A DNA stretch of 64,000 bases from Chromera velia (Eukaryota). This document shows positions 42,860 to 55,172 of the stretch, piece after piece. Position 1 is the stretch's first letter; each line of letters begins with the position of its first letter. The stretch covers positions 1 through 64,000 of the forward strand of contig JAHBMJ010000432.1 in assembly GCA_018398765.1 (NCBI GenBank), written 5' to 3'. Below the pieces are notes generated by a model. That model was not told the origin of the DNA and did not search any database. It was given only the letters and a program-made list of their open reading frames with translations. Made by a program: the position numbers and the translations under genes.

Positions 42860-45163
42860 TGGAGGTGGGAGCGAAGGGCCCTAGCAACGCGTCTTCCACC
42901 CCTTCTACCATGTTCTGCTGGTTGATGAACGCGTTGACGACGTACTTCTCTCCCCGAGAGGGCGGAAGACCCGCGTGCATCATGCGCCAGTCTGGTTCGT
43001 ACCTGCGTGCCCCCCCAAGTCAGAGGGTGCATAGGCAGTAGGCACGCAGACCGGCAGTGAGACGAAGAGACAGGTAGGCCCGCATTGAGGTAGGCAGATA
43101 GGCAGACACCAAAGATAGGCAAAGACAGGTAAAGACCCACTTTCCTTCGTCATACACTTTACTTCTAGAGAGAAACAGCCGCGCAGAGATGTACAAACAG
43201 AGACACAGGGAGACGCCTCTTACTGTATGTCTAATACAAACTGACTTGCCGTATTTGAAGGAACCGTCTGCTCTCTGCACGGTCAGCAGTTGTTCCCTCT
43301 CCTTTTCCCCCATCGACTGGACTTCTGGGGTGCTAAAGGGCCGGAAGTGAGAGTTGCTCCACACTACAGCTGCTCCCTTCTGCGGACTCACACTGAGACC
43401 CAGCTCTTCAAATTGTGTGCCCCCTTCCTCAAAGTCGTCTGAACGAATGGATTCAAAGATGGACACACACACACACATACACACAGAGAGAGAGGGGGGG
43501 GGGGGAAGAGAGAAACATACACAGAAACACACACACACACACACACACATGCACACATGCACACATGCATACACTCAGACATACGCACAACGATGGATGG
43601 GTAGATGGATGAATGGATGGATGGGTGGATGGGTGGATTGATGGGTGAATGGAAGGATGGATGGTTCCATGGATGGATGGAAGAGAAACAGGAGAGTCAG
43701 CGGGACGAAGAAAATCTGACCCTAAACTCTGTAAACCACAGGAAGCATGTGCACAGACAGTCATACGCACCGTTGAGGTACAGCAGAACGGTCGAGGGAC
43801 GAAAATAGCCGTCGTGGTGAGTCTTGAAGAATTCTCCGGGACGGTAGCGCACCTGCAGCCATGCAGCCATGCAAACAGTACTTCGTGGACAGATTTACGG
43901 ACGGATAGAACGAAGACAACACACAAAGACAGAGAGGGAAGGACAGACAGAGCGAGAGGGTCGACCTCGACGATGGCTTCTCCGTCTTTCTCCTCCGTTC
44001 ATGAATCCTGTTTGGCTGTTTGCCTGGCATGCTGACTCCCTAACTGAACCAGAAGGATTGATTGATTTCTCTCTCCCCTCCTGTGACCGACCACCATGAG
44101 AGGCTCCAGATGGCCCTCCGGACACCCTGCAAGTTTGGTGATCTTGGCTTCGATTGCTGCAGAGAGTTGCGTCTGTCCTATCAGCAGCTGGCATGACTCG
44201 CTGGTCCTGTTTTCGGACTTCTGGTGAGAGTAATTGTCTACCGATGACGAGACGCCCCCCCTTCCCGTCTTGCTGCGTTGATATCTGTGTGGAGAGGAGA
44301 GGAGACAATGAAGAACAACGCGCGGTGAGAGGATGGATGGAGTATCACGCGAAGTTCTTTCATGTACATACGGTCCCTTCCTCATTGGTCAGATGCTTTG
44401 AGACCGCGCACAGGAAGGGGAAGCCCCAGAAGTACAGACAGACACAGACAGAGAGACAAGGCTTTCCTTTTCTCCATTCTCGCATAGAAGGACAGACAGA
44501 GTGAGTCCATGTCATTTCTTCTGTTCTGTTTCCTCAGAAAAATCATAAGAAAATTGACCATCAGTTTTGTTCTTTTTTTTTTCAGCCTCTTCGCAGACGG
44601 GACAGTCAGGCAGGCGGAAAGACAGAAAAGGATACAACGAGACGAGAGGTTTGTCCTCTCCCTTTCCGAGACAACCAAGAGAGAGAGAGAGAGAGGAATA
44701 GAGGAAAGGACCAAGTAGCATACCTTCCTTCGGCAAGCTCCTGAAGGTGTGCACATTCCTCGTCAGTGAGGAAGTTGGGGTACAGAATGACTTTGGGTTC
44801 TTTTGAGAGCACCTGTGACTCTCTTTCTGCCGTCTTCCCTTCTGTCGAGGGCTGCCCCCCTCTGTTCTCAGGAGTGCGGACAGGGGGGCCTGGGTGCATG
44901 TAGCCTGCAGGAACTACGGACCGCCACCCCCAAGGCAGCTGCTGAGGGTGCATTCCGTAGGGGGGGCGCGGCGGCGAGACGACACCGGGTTGCAGCGCAA
45001 CGGGGGGTGCTTTGCTGTCGGCAGTGCTACTGCTCTTTCCATGGTGGGATAGCAAATGTGCAGAATAGAGAGGGGCTTGGGGATAGGGAGGCAAAGCAGT
45101 TGGGTAGACCGGTGGGTGGAACCCGTGGGGGTGCCACTGAGGATGTCTGAATGTGGTTGTCAT
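42860..45163 (-). CDS. Prolyl 4-hydroxylase alpha-like 2OG-Fe(II) oxygenase (3' end extends further, unresolved)
   Basis: In-phase exons 45163-44724, 44284-44092, 43852-43771, 43438-~43246, 43002-~42860. LSKEPKVILYPNFLTDEECAHL, RTS, EPLMVVRY.PGEFFKTHHD (HxD), LLYLND, GGTQF, MMH, GEKYVVN. Confidence 0.9.
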
Positions 45164-45873
45164 TCTTGGCTGCTAGATAGATAGATTCGTCTCGCAGAAC
45201 ACAAAAATTCGAAAAAATGTTCAAGGGGCGCTCCTTCTTTTCTACACGGTCCAAGGGACTCAGGTCAGGTCATACGCAGAGATCTCCCAAGATGAAGAAT
45301 CGAAAGGAAAGGAAAGGAGTTCCGTGCTGCAACTGAATCAACCCGATATGTAGTTGGGTGATGTTGGGTGCTCACTGTTGCAACGTTTGAACCCTGACCT
45401 TTACAAAAGAAATCCTACGTGGTTTTCGTACATACCCTTTTTGCGGCTTCTTGCAAATTGATCAAGCGGACGTTCTGCACGGCTTACATAACAAGAATGA
45501 ACACGTAACGTCACAGAATCTTTTCTCTCATTGCCGTTGAAGCCGTATGTTCTGACCTTCGAATCAGGAATCTTTCTGCACTTCGATCATGGCATTTGCA
45601 AAATTTTGCAGAGGCATGCACGCGCGGTGCTGACCGATCAGTGACCGAGCTATGCATGTGACCGAGCTATAAGCTTTGAATGACCCATGCATGCATCGGA
45701 TTGCATGCATCGGGCGACTCCGGCCATTGAATTATTGGTCACTATTAAAATCTCTACTTCCTAATAATTCACAGAGTCATCTGAGGCTGGATTCTGAGTC
45801 ATCTCACAAAGCCGCAGAACGTGCTTTGCGGCCAGAATACCGCGGTTGTGAGTTGCTCGGATGGCGAAGCATA

Positions 45874-47796
45874 ATGGTGCTCTTCCATTTCGGTAATTCC
45901 TTTTTTCTTGATGGCCGTCTCCTTCCTCTGGATTCTTATGGGTGGAGACGGGTTTCTCTGTTGCGTTCCTCTTCAGCCTTTCCCCCTTCCTCAGTGGTGT
46001 CTAGCTCTTCTTTTGCCGCCGAACAACAAGTAGAAAAATATGTGGAGGCAATTTCATGCTGCGACCAGAATCTGGCAGTTTTGGCGAAGGGTCAAGTCTG
46101 GATCAAAGACAGCAGAAGCATCACGCCCTCGAATGTCAAGGAGTGTATAGAAATTCCGGTGCGACCCCTCGTAGTCGGACTGTCTGTGCGAATTTCCACC
46201 CTTGCCTGTGGAGCCTATCATGCTCTGATGGCATCGCAGGAGGCAGGCGTCTCCTGGGGGTACGGGAGGAATGCAGAGGGTCAAATAGGGACAGGAGACT
46301 TTAGAGACAGGGACAGTCCGTCAGAGATATTTCGAGTGGGAGAGGAGGGAAGGGGCGTGGAGATCCGAGTGGTAGCTGGGCACTTTCACTCCTTTTTCCT
46401 TTTGCGAAATGGACTTGCACAAGCGCACAGCGTTCTGCTGAGTGCCACTGGATCACGAAGGGCTGAGGAAACGGGAACCCGGACCGTCTCCGAAGAAGAG
46501 AGAAAGACGCGGGGAGACGGAGAGGTGGGAAGGGAGGAACCGAGGAGATCGCACATACAGAGAAGTAACATGTTGGCTTGTGGTGAGTGTGAATGTCGTG
46601 GTCTTTTTTCTCCTCCTGTCTGCCTCTCGTCTTTTTCCATTTCTCTGTGCCTTTTTCCACCTATTCCTCCCTCTTTCTCTTCTTCTTTCTGCCTTCGACC
46701 CCTCTTCCCCGTTCCTTTGACATTCTCTGTCGGCCTGACTTCCCTCCTTGCTTCGCTCCACTCCATCGCTGACTCCATCCTTCCCCTTGCTACCTTTCGT
46801 TCAGAAGGTCCTTGTCGCAAGAGGTCGAGGCTTCATTTTCCACCGCTGCTCCTTTTGCTCTGCCCATCATTCCGTGCCCTCGGCTTAACGCTTGCAGGAG
46901 CAAACCGGTACGGACAAACTGGAACAGGGGTAGGACCATCTTATACCCATGAAGGAGACTCGCAAGGGACGCAGGGCAGAGAAACGATTCTTCCGGAGTC
47001 TGTTTGTAGGTTGGCATGCGTCCCTGTGCCGATGAATGTTCCCTTGCCCCGCCGATCCTCCTCATCCGCAGATCGGGGAAAAGTTCTAGCAAAAGAAAGG
47101 GAAGAGGAGGAAGGGGATTTCCAAACAGAGGGAGAAGTGTGGGTGCAGGTATCGGGAGGTGCAACTCACTCATGCGGGCTCACTTCTGATGGACGAGTTG
47201 CCTCTTGGTCAGTTCCGCACTCTTCCCCTCCTCGCTCTTTTTTCGTTCTTTCTGAAAGTGCAACCTACTGCACTGGCTCTTTCCGTGTCCTGTCAACTTC
47301 TGGTCGTGAATCCTGTTCTCTCGTTGCGGTCTTGGGAGAGGAGACGATGAAAGAGAAAGAGAACGTACATACCAACCAAAAACGCGATCATGCTGTTGCT
47401 TCCCCTTAATTCTCACGGCAGTGCTTCAGACTGAGAGCTTCCCTTTGTGCGCCTCTCCGCCTCCCTGCCTGCCTTGCTTCAGGGGAAGCAACCTTCATGG
47501 CCAGCTGTTCATGGGTGAGGGTGCGGAGAGCTCCCGTGTGCAGACCGTCACATCTCCAGAGGTTCGTCGGTCGGTCGGCCTGTCTTCAGAAAAGCTGACA
47601 AGCGAGCAGACAGACAACCTGTTCTTTCCGCCTCTTAGAAAGAAAAGAAAAGGCAGAAAGGGGCGGAGAAAGGAAGAAGGAAGTGAATAAAGACAAAAGA
47701 AAGAAAGAAAGGAAAGAAGGAAGGAAGGAAGAAAGGAAGGAAGGAAGGAAAGAAGGAAGGAAGGAAAGAAAGGAAGGAAGGAAGGAAGGAAGGAAG

Positions 47797-47833
<37 letters not shown>

Positions 47834-47990
47834 GAAGGAAGGAAGGAAGGAAGGAAGGAAAGAAAGGAAGGAAGGAAAGGAAGGAAAGGAAGGAAGGAAG
47901 GAAGGAAGGGAAGGAAGGAAGGAAGGAAGAAAGGAAGGAAGGAAGGAAAGAAGGAAGGAAGGAAAGAAAGGAAGGAAGGAAGGAAGGAAG

Positions 47991-48023
<33 letters not shown>

Positions 48024-49255
48024 GAAGGAAGGAAGGAAGGAAGGAAGGAAAGAAAGGAAGGAAGGAAGGAAGGAAGGAAGGGAACAAAGAAAGAAAGAAA
48101 GAAAGAAAGAAAGACAGAAAGGAAGGAAGGAAGGAAGGAAGGAAGGAAAGAAAGAAAGAAAGAAAGAAAGAAAGAAAAGAAAGAAAGAAAGAAAAAGACA
48201 AGAAGGGTCAGTAAGTCTCTCCTCCTTTCTGTTGTTCTCTTTGGTTCCGTGTCGTCCCATTTGTTTGAATGCCTGCAGGAAGTGAGGGTCCAGTGGTATG
48301 GTGATCTAGAAGACGAAGAAGAAGATGAAGGATTTGGTGAGAGGGTTTCCGGGTCGGGTGGCAAGGAGGGGACGAGCTCCTGCTCTGCTGTTGCGTGTGG
48401 CGTCTGGAACTCCGTCTTCCTTAGTTCCGATGGTTCGTTCGTCTTCCTCTCTCTGTCTCTGTGTTTGTGTCTCTGCCTGTGATACGCCTCGATCGTCAGC
48501 TGCCCTCCCGTTTCCCTAAATTTCTCTTTCCTCTTGTACGTTCTGACCGATACGGCTGTCGGTGTGCATATGTGATTCGTCGGCGTTTTCAAGCATGAAA
48601 CACAAAGATGACATCAGCAAGGCATGCAAAGTTTTGGAATGCTGTTGAAGCTGTCCGAGTGCCATGCAGTCCGAGTGCTGGTTTTACTTTGGTTTCGTTC
48701 ATCCACTCAACGAGCGAGTCGGCATGCGATTCTCTCTTCTGGCAAAGACTTTGTCAAAAAGCCTTTGAAAAAGCAAACCTGTTCTCTCCCTGCCCGGTTG
48801 AAAGCCTCGAGAAGGCGGTGCAAGATGATTCGGTGTTGGATGAAAATTCCACTTGCATCATGCAGACCTGTTCTCCATCTAGTTTCTTCTCCCCATTTCC
48901 CCATCCAACAGGCCGGGTCGCAGTCTCTGGATGTGGCCCTTCTCTTGCAAGTCCCGAAACGTCGTTTGTTCACTCTGGGAAGAAGGAGAACGAGACAGCT
49001 CCCCTGGCGGTGCAGTGCCAACGCAAAGGATTTCTGATCTTCCGACAGGGGGTTGCAGCAGAAGAGGCAGAAGGAGAGAGACTCAGTGCGGAGACAGCGG
49101 CTTTCCTTCCTCCTGGAGTGAGGAGTGTGGCGTGCGGCTCCTCTGTCTGTGCGTGTGTGGCGGCTGTGCGAGGGCGGGTCCGGACAGCCAGAGAGGGGGA
49201 TGACGGCTCCACACAGATTGTGAGAAGGGACGTTCAGAAGGCTTTTATCTGGGGT
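45874..49255 (+). CDS. RCC1/BLIP-II repeat-containing protein (multi-exon; 3' end unresolved)
   Basis: LACGAYHAL...[80 protein letters not shown]. Confidence 0.8.
47690..48205. repeat. ~500-bp almost pure-purine (GAAG/GAAA)n intronic tract
   Basis: Directly visible; only a few C residues. Confidence 0.95.
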
Positions 49256-49370
49256 GAGTGAGCAACCCTGTCTGTCGGCTTTCCTCTCTCCCTCCCCCTC
49301 TCTCTGTCTCTTCTCTTCTCTCCGGCTGGACCCCCGATGTTGCGCCCCTTCACCCAGAGAAGAAAGGAGA

Positions 49371-49442
49371 GTGTGTCACTAATCAATATTTTCTGTGTGT
49401 CACTAATCAATATTTTCTGTGTGTCACCAATCAATATTTTCT
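49371..49442. repeat. 24-bp tandem repeat x3 (GTGTGTCACTAATCAATATTTTCT)
   Basis: Three contiguous copies, one substitution. Confidence 0.9.
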
Positions 49443-50953
49443 TTCAGTCGCAGGCAGTTGAAAAATTTGAAATGTCTGCATGATTTCCAGGTGCACGAAA
49501 AGTCTGTAGGACTATCCCGCACATAGCATGCTGAATGCAGGATTAAGAAAAGTGCGTTCCACGGAATATGTATGTGTTTGCATACCAGTACCTGCATGTA
49601 TGTGCATGAATATGGGTACACATATATGGGTATCTGGAGAGAGGGGGGTGGGGGCGGGGGAGCGAGAGAGCAGCCTAATTCTCATTCAGTTCGTGCACTA
49701 CCCAGTTGGCAAGTCCGCGACCAGATAGATTGTAGAGCCATCTTGTGCATTGCAAATTACACGCAACGACGCATGGGCTCCCCACGCACCCATGCATCCA
49801 TGCCACCCCACTCAGTCACCCTCCATCTGTCCATCCATTCATTCATTCATTCATTCATCCCACCACTCGCGACCCCTATTGGATTGGATTTGTGGTGGGG
49901 CGGGATCAGCTGAAGACCCTTTAATTGTCTCGCTTTCAACGCCCGTGTGAAGAGTGGAACGTTGAAGTTAGACCCTCCCTCCTCTAGTTCCTTCCATTCC
50001 ATTCAACGCGGAAGGAAGGATCACGCGGCGGCTGCCTGGATCAGGGTGGGACCCTCCCGACAGTTGCAAGGGACTGTATGCCGGAATTAAGTTTGGAATT
50101 AAGCCACGTACATGCAAAGCTGATGGAAGAATCGGGATCAATTAAGCGATCAAGGTCCGTCGCCCTGTTCCCCTCGCGCTGCTAGCTAGACAGTGCATGT
50201 TTCACGATGTCGTGTGCCCTTGTTTTAGCTTTGTTCGTGCAGCTTCACAGATGTACGGCGTGCTCAAGAGTCACTAACTGCCAGGGTCAATTAACTGCGT
50301 GCGTGCAGCTCTAGGTGCAGCTGCATGCATGCGCTATCAAGCAAAAATGTCGAGATCATTAAGTGAACAGCATTATAGTTTATAAGCAGTAAATTCAACT
50401 TCATGAAAACGTTTAGTTCAAGCAACAAACTGACTTGACTATCTCCTAAGGACTCTCTCTCATTTATCTCTCTAGGCAGTTAGCCAGCCTAAGCTAGGGA
50501 TTCTAGTAAGCTAGCTAGTAAGGAGTCTTAGTAACTCCTAACTACACACATCTCTACTTGTTTCCCAAGGTGTTTCCTAAAAAGAGTTAATTCCTGGGAA
50601 TGATATTAAAAATTTTAAATAAATTATAATAAATATACATGCAGGAGTCATAAATTTTAAACTTTGATCTTTTTATATATCATTGCTGTCCTAGTTGCTC
50701 TCATTGCCGAAAAGACTATACCCTACAGGACTAGTGCAGGTTGCTAGGATGTTATATCGGATTTTAGGTTTTTGGCAAAAACTTTTTGCCTAGGATTTTA
50801 TAAGTTTAAGCTAGTTTGCAAGGTTTAAGAAGATTTTAGCTAGGATTGTATAATTTCTTTAATGGAATTTGAATAATTTATATATGAAAATATAACTTTG
50901 TATAGTGAAGTTTTGATTGAAGTTTTTAAAACATATCGAGAATCCAAATTGTA

Positions 50954-51318
50954 TGTTATGGCAAGCTCCACCGAAGTTAGTTCACCGTGCGTACAAATCG
51001 AACTAGCGGGTGAAGGGGCAGCGCCGGGCAATCAGTAGAGCCGCTGCTTGAAAAAGCGCGGGCACAAGGGTCCAACGTTAGGCCGTCCGCTACGCCGTCA
51101 CCCACGCCCTGAGGTTTCATGGAAAAAGAATTAATTCGGAAATACAGAAACATGCATACATGCAAGTCAATGCATGGAAAGAATAAGATTGATTAAGATT
51201 AAAACAAAACAATACGAAAGGAACAAAGAGGTCTGATGGACAGATTCCTCCACATACGTTAAGCTCGATAAGTTAAGTCGTATGTTAAGTCCTCACTTTA
51301 GTTCCTAAGAGCGTAACA
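50954..51318 (+). repeat. 5' LTR of the Gypsy element
   Basis: TGTTA...TAACA; 19 substitutions versus 63005-63369 by manual alignment. Confidence 0.95.
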
Positions 51319-51401
51319 AGTAGTAGCTAGAGCTCTCCGCTTCTCGGGGACCAGGGTCCTCTGAGTAAACAACAGTCATCCGTCTCTGCATGTATTGAAA
51401 G

Positions 51402-54400
51402 ATGGACTTCAGCAAGCTGGAGAACACGAAGAAGCTTCAGCCTTGTTGTGCAGTATACAAGCCGAAAATGCACCCAAAGGCACTTGAAGGCGATGATCCG
51501 GCTGTCTGGATTCGGAACTTTATGGAACAGACAGGGGGAACGGTTCTGGATCTCGATGATGCAACGACTATCGGATACTTTGGTCATCATTTCTCTGGAG
51601 AGGCTTTGCGCTGGTGGCTGGATCTCAAGGTAACAGGGACTGTGAAGACGAGAAGAGAACTCAAGGATGTTTTCCTCAAGAGCCAGGGTCCAAAGGAAGT
51701 CGAACGTTTGGCGGCGTAGAAGACCCTAGTGGAAGACCATCGTACGGCCACGCCCTCACCACAGTGACTACATGGACTGGGAAAATTTCTAGCAAGCCTT
51801 CGTGTCCTAGTAGGGGGTCGCTTGACCACTGGCAGACAAGGAGGAAATGATCCTACTTTTTATGGTGATTCTTCCGGAGGAAGTGAATGAAGAGCTCATA
51901 AAGAAGGGGGACCTCTCGGATTTCACCGAACTCTCAAAAACGGCCCAGCACTACTACGAGCTGAACAACCTAAAGTATATATCCACGAATCCTGTGAATA
52001 CATACAGGGTTCCCTCTACAGCCCCTCAGCTGAACAAACAGACCCCACTCCCTCCTATTGCTGCTGTTAACGCAGGAGCATACCCTGACCTCACCCGTGT
52101 TCTCTCACAGCTTCAAAGCCAAGTCGCAGCTCTCCAGTCTTAGGTTGACAGATCGAACAGCCATCGGGGCAACGGAGGAGGCAGAAGCTGAGGGAACAGC
52201 AACAGGGGAGGACACTGGCAGGGAAACAGACAGCAAAATGGAGGGCAGAATGGGGGTGGCGGAGACGGCTCATCTGACGGAGTGAAGTGTCGGGTCTGCA
52301 ACGGCCCTCACTTCGTAGCTGAGTACACAGATCCTCAGACAGAGGGTTGGAGAATGTGTCAGGGCTTCTACAAGAACAGAAGGGGCTCGTCAAACAGGAG
52401 GGGCAGGCGTGGCTAAAGGCCCCGCGTCCTGTTCATCCTTCCGGGTCTTCAGTCGAGAGTGAAGAGAAGACACGTGACCTGCCGGCAATGACCAGCAGTG
52501 AATCCTATCCTGTGAGTGCGATTCATAATGCAGAGCAGTACATCACTCAAATGTATGTCAGTGGGAGTATGAATGACAAAGACGTATGCATTCCTGTACA
52601 TCTTGATATATGTGCAGGTCTTGGATTGAGCAGTGAGGCGTTTGCACGAAAATGTGGGTGTGAAATTCGGGAGACGAAATTTGACTTGACGGCATATGGA
52701 GGAGCCAATGTGGAGGTGGTGGGGGAGATAACACTTTTCCTCTCCCATCCCCAATCAACTCTTCCTGTACTCCCGTGGGACGTTCTCATCACTCGGGGGA
52801 GCAACATTGAGCTTCTGTTGGGCTTAGATTTCCTGTCCAACAAGAAGGATGTCACGTTCAACCTGAAGAACAACAGAATGATCTACTCACACTTTCCAGT
52901 CTTCCCTCTCTCTTCCATAATCTCACTTCAGCAGCAGCCTGTCTCTATTATGCAGTGTTCCTCTATCCCGCCTAGGCAAGCAGAGGTGGAGATCGTTTGT
53001 TCAGTGAGTAGGTTTGAGTCAGGGGTAGAAAACCATATCGAAAAGAAATGGCAGCAGGAGAATGGGAAATTCCAGCTGGCTGTCTTTGATTAAGTGCTGA
53101 AGGTAGAAGGAGGAGGAGTTGTGAAGATGAGAGTTTCCAACTTTGGGGAGGAAGAATGCACTCTAGGAGCCGGACAGGAGATAGCCAAGGCAATCTCCAT
53201 CGAGAATTCGAGAGAACAAGCAGTGGCGGCTCTCTGGGCGGATGTATAGCATGCAAGTCGACAAAGCGAACTCGAGAAGAAGTATGAAGAAACGAACGGA
53301 CAATGGAAGAGGATGAAGGATGAGATGCTGGGCAACAGGTATGCTTGGAGAGCAACTTGGAGATCCTTCCAAGCTGTATGTGCGATCAAGAGCTCATTGA
53401 GCTCACCGAGCTCTCAGAGCTTAAACAAACGGACACCGGTGGAAATAGAAAGGGAACGGGCAGAGAGAAAGAGGGAAAGGGTGACGGGAGGACCTGAAGG
53501 CAGGTCCTTGCCACAAGTCTCTAAAAGAGCCAAGATTGATCATCTCTCTTCAGAACAACAAAAACGACTCGCAGAGATAATTGATTTATTCCCTGATGCT
53601 TAGTCTTAGCATCGTTTTGATTTGGGAAGGCTGCAGGTAGATGGAAAAGAGATCGTGCACGAAGTGCACACGACGGGACCACCTATTCGGTGGTACCATG
53701 ACAGAGTCGCCTACAGCCAGAGAGAGATGCTGAGGGAGGAATTGAAGCAGATGGAGGAAGCGGGGCTAATTAAACCCTCGTCCTCTATATGGGCGACTCT
53801 AGTCACTGTGGTGTTAGTCCCTAAACCTGATGAAACAATCCACTTTTGTTTTGACTTTCGGAAGCTGAATGCAGCCACGCAGAAAGACGGGTTCCCAATG
53901 CCTCGCATCGATGAGGTAGTCCACCTGGTGGAGGGGGCTTCAGTCTTCACTGTCTTGGACGTATCTTCAGGATTTTGGCAGATTGGGATGAGAGAACAGA
54001 ACAAAGAAAAGACAACATTCGTCACACCATTCGGGCTGTATCAGTTCAAAGTCATGGCTCAAGGACTAATCAATGCACCAGCAACATTTCAGCAAGCCAT
54101 GCAACTGGTGCTGTTAGGGCTGCCCCGTGAGCTTGCGCTCGTGTACATTGATGACTTGATCATATTTTTAAAAGACTTCGACTCGTATCTGAAGGATCTT
54201 CGGACCCTCCTAGACCGAGTGTAGAAGTGCGGTCTCAAACTGAAGGTGGAGAAGGCGCAGTTTGCTCTGTCAGAGGTAATTTAAAAGTATCTGGATTTTC
54301 TTTTGTCTGCAGATGGGATCAGATTAGACCCAGCAAAGCTGGAGGCACTCAGAAACATGGAACTTCCACGGGATAGAGCAGAGGTGCGTTCCTTTTTAGG

Positions 54401-55172
54401 ACTGGTTGGGTGATATTGACAGTTCATCAAACGATTCAGCAAGATTGCTTTTCCCCTCTTCACCCTCCTCAAAACAGCAGAAGGAGAAGAAAAGAAACAG
54501 ATTCCATTCAGGTAGACAGGAGAGGCACAGGCCGCTTTCAACACCTTGTACAACCGACTCTGCAAGGCACCTTGCCTTGCTCATCCGCGAGTGCTCGCAC
54601 CTTTCATCGTGAAGGCGGATACAAGTGATGAGGCAGTGGAAGGAGTCTTGAAGCAGAGAATAGATGAGATAGAGAGGGTGATCGAATTCTGTTCGAAGAC
54701 CTTGACTACGACGGAGAGGAAATGGGGCACCTCGGAGAAAGGGGGACTCGGGGTCATGCACTGTCTCCGCAAGTAGAGGCACTATCTTCTTGGTAAGAGA
54801 TTCACCCTGCAGATGGACCACAAGGACTTTTTAGCCTGGAAAGACAAGAAGCTCAACAACGCAAAGCTGTAAAGGTAGGCCACTGAGTTGGCTGATTACG
54901 ACCTCGACATTCAGCATGTCCCTGGCAGCCTGCACTCTGAGGCAGATGCACTCAGTCACTTGAGGGAGAAGGTACCCGACTCTTCCACCGCTCCCTGCAA
55001 AGCGGATGGAACGGTGCCTGCTGCTCCGGTAGAGCCAGTGGACACAAACAAAACCGAAGAGACCGATCACAGAGGAGATAGAGAAGGAAATATGTGGGAA
55101 GAGAGAGAGCCTTCTGAGCAGGGAGAGGGTTAAACTTTTCTTAAGGATTTGCAGAAGCATTCAGGAGGTGAT
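51402..55172 (+). pseudogene. Gypsy gag-protease-RT-RNase H, many stops and frameshifts
   Basis: Gag (FSGEALRWW; degenerate knuckle CRVCNGPH), protease (LDICAG, LLLGLDFL), RT (FDFRKLN, LDVSSGFWQI, GLINAPATFQ, YIDD), RNase H (ADTSD, HVPGSLHSEADALS). Confidence 0.9.

Noticed and set aside
47495..48592. 365-aa and 200-aa low-complexity ORFs
   Set aside because: Products of the (GAAG/GAAA)n tract
49371..49442. 24-bp repeats as a possible CRISPR array
   Set aside because: Copies are contiguous with no spacers; eukaryotic context, no cas genes
51040..51063. Two transversions in an LTR GAAA-tetraloop hairpin as compensatory changes
   Set aside because: The changed bases are not pairing partners; the hairpin is intact only in the 3' LTR
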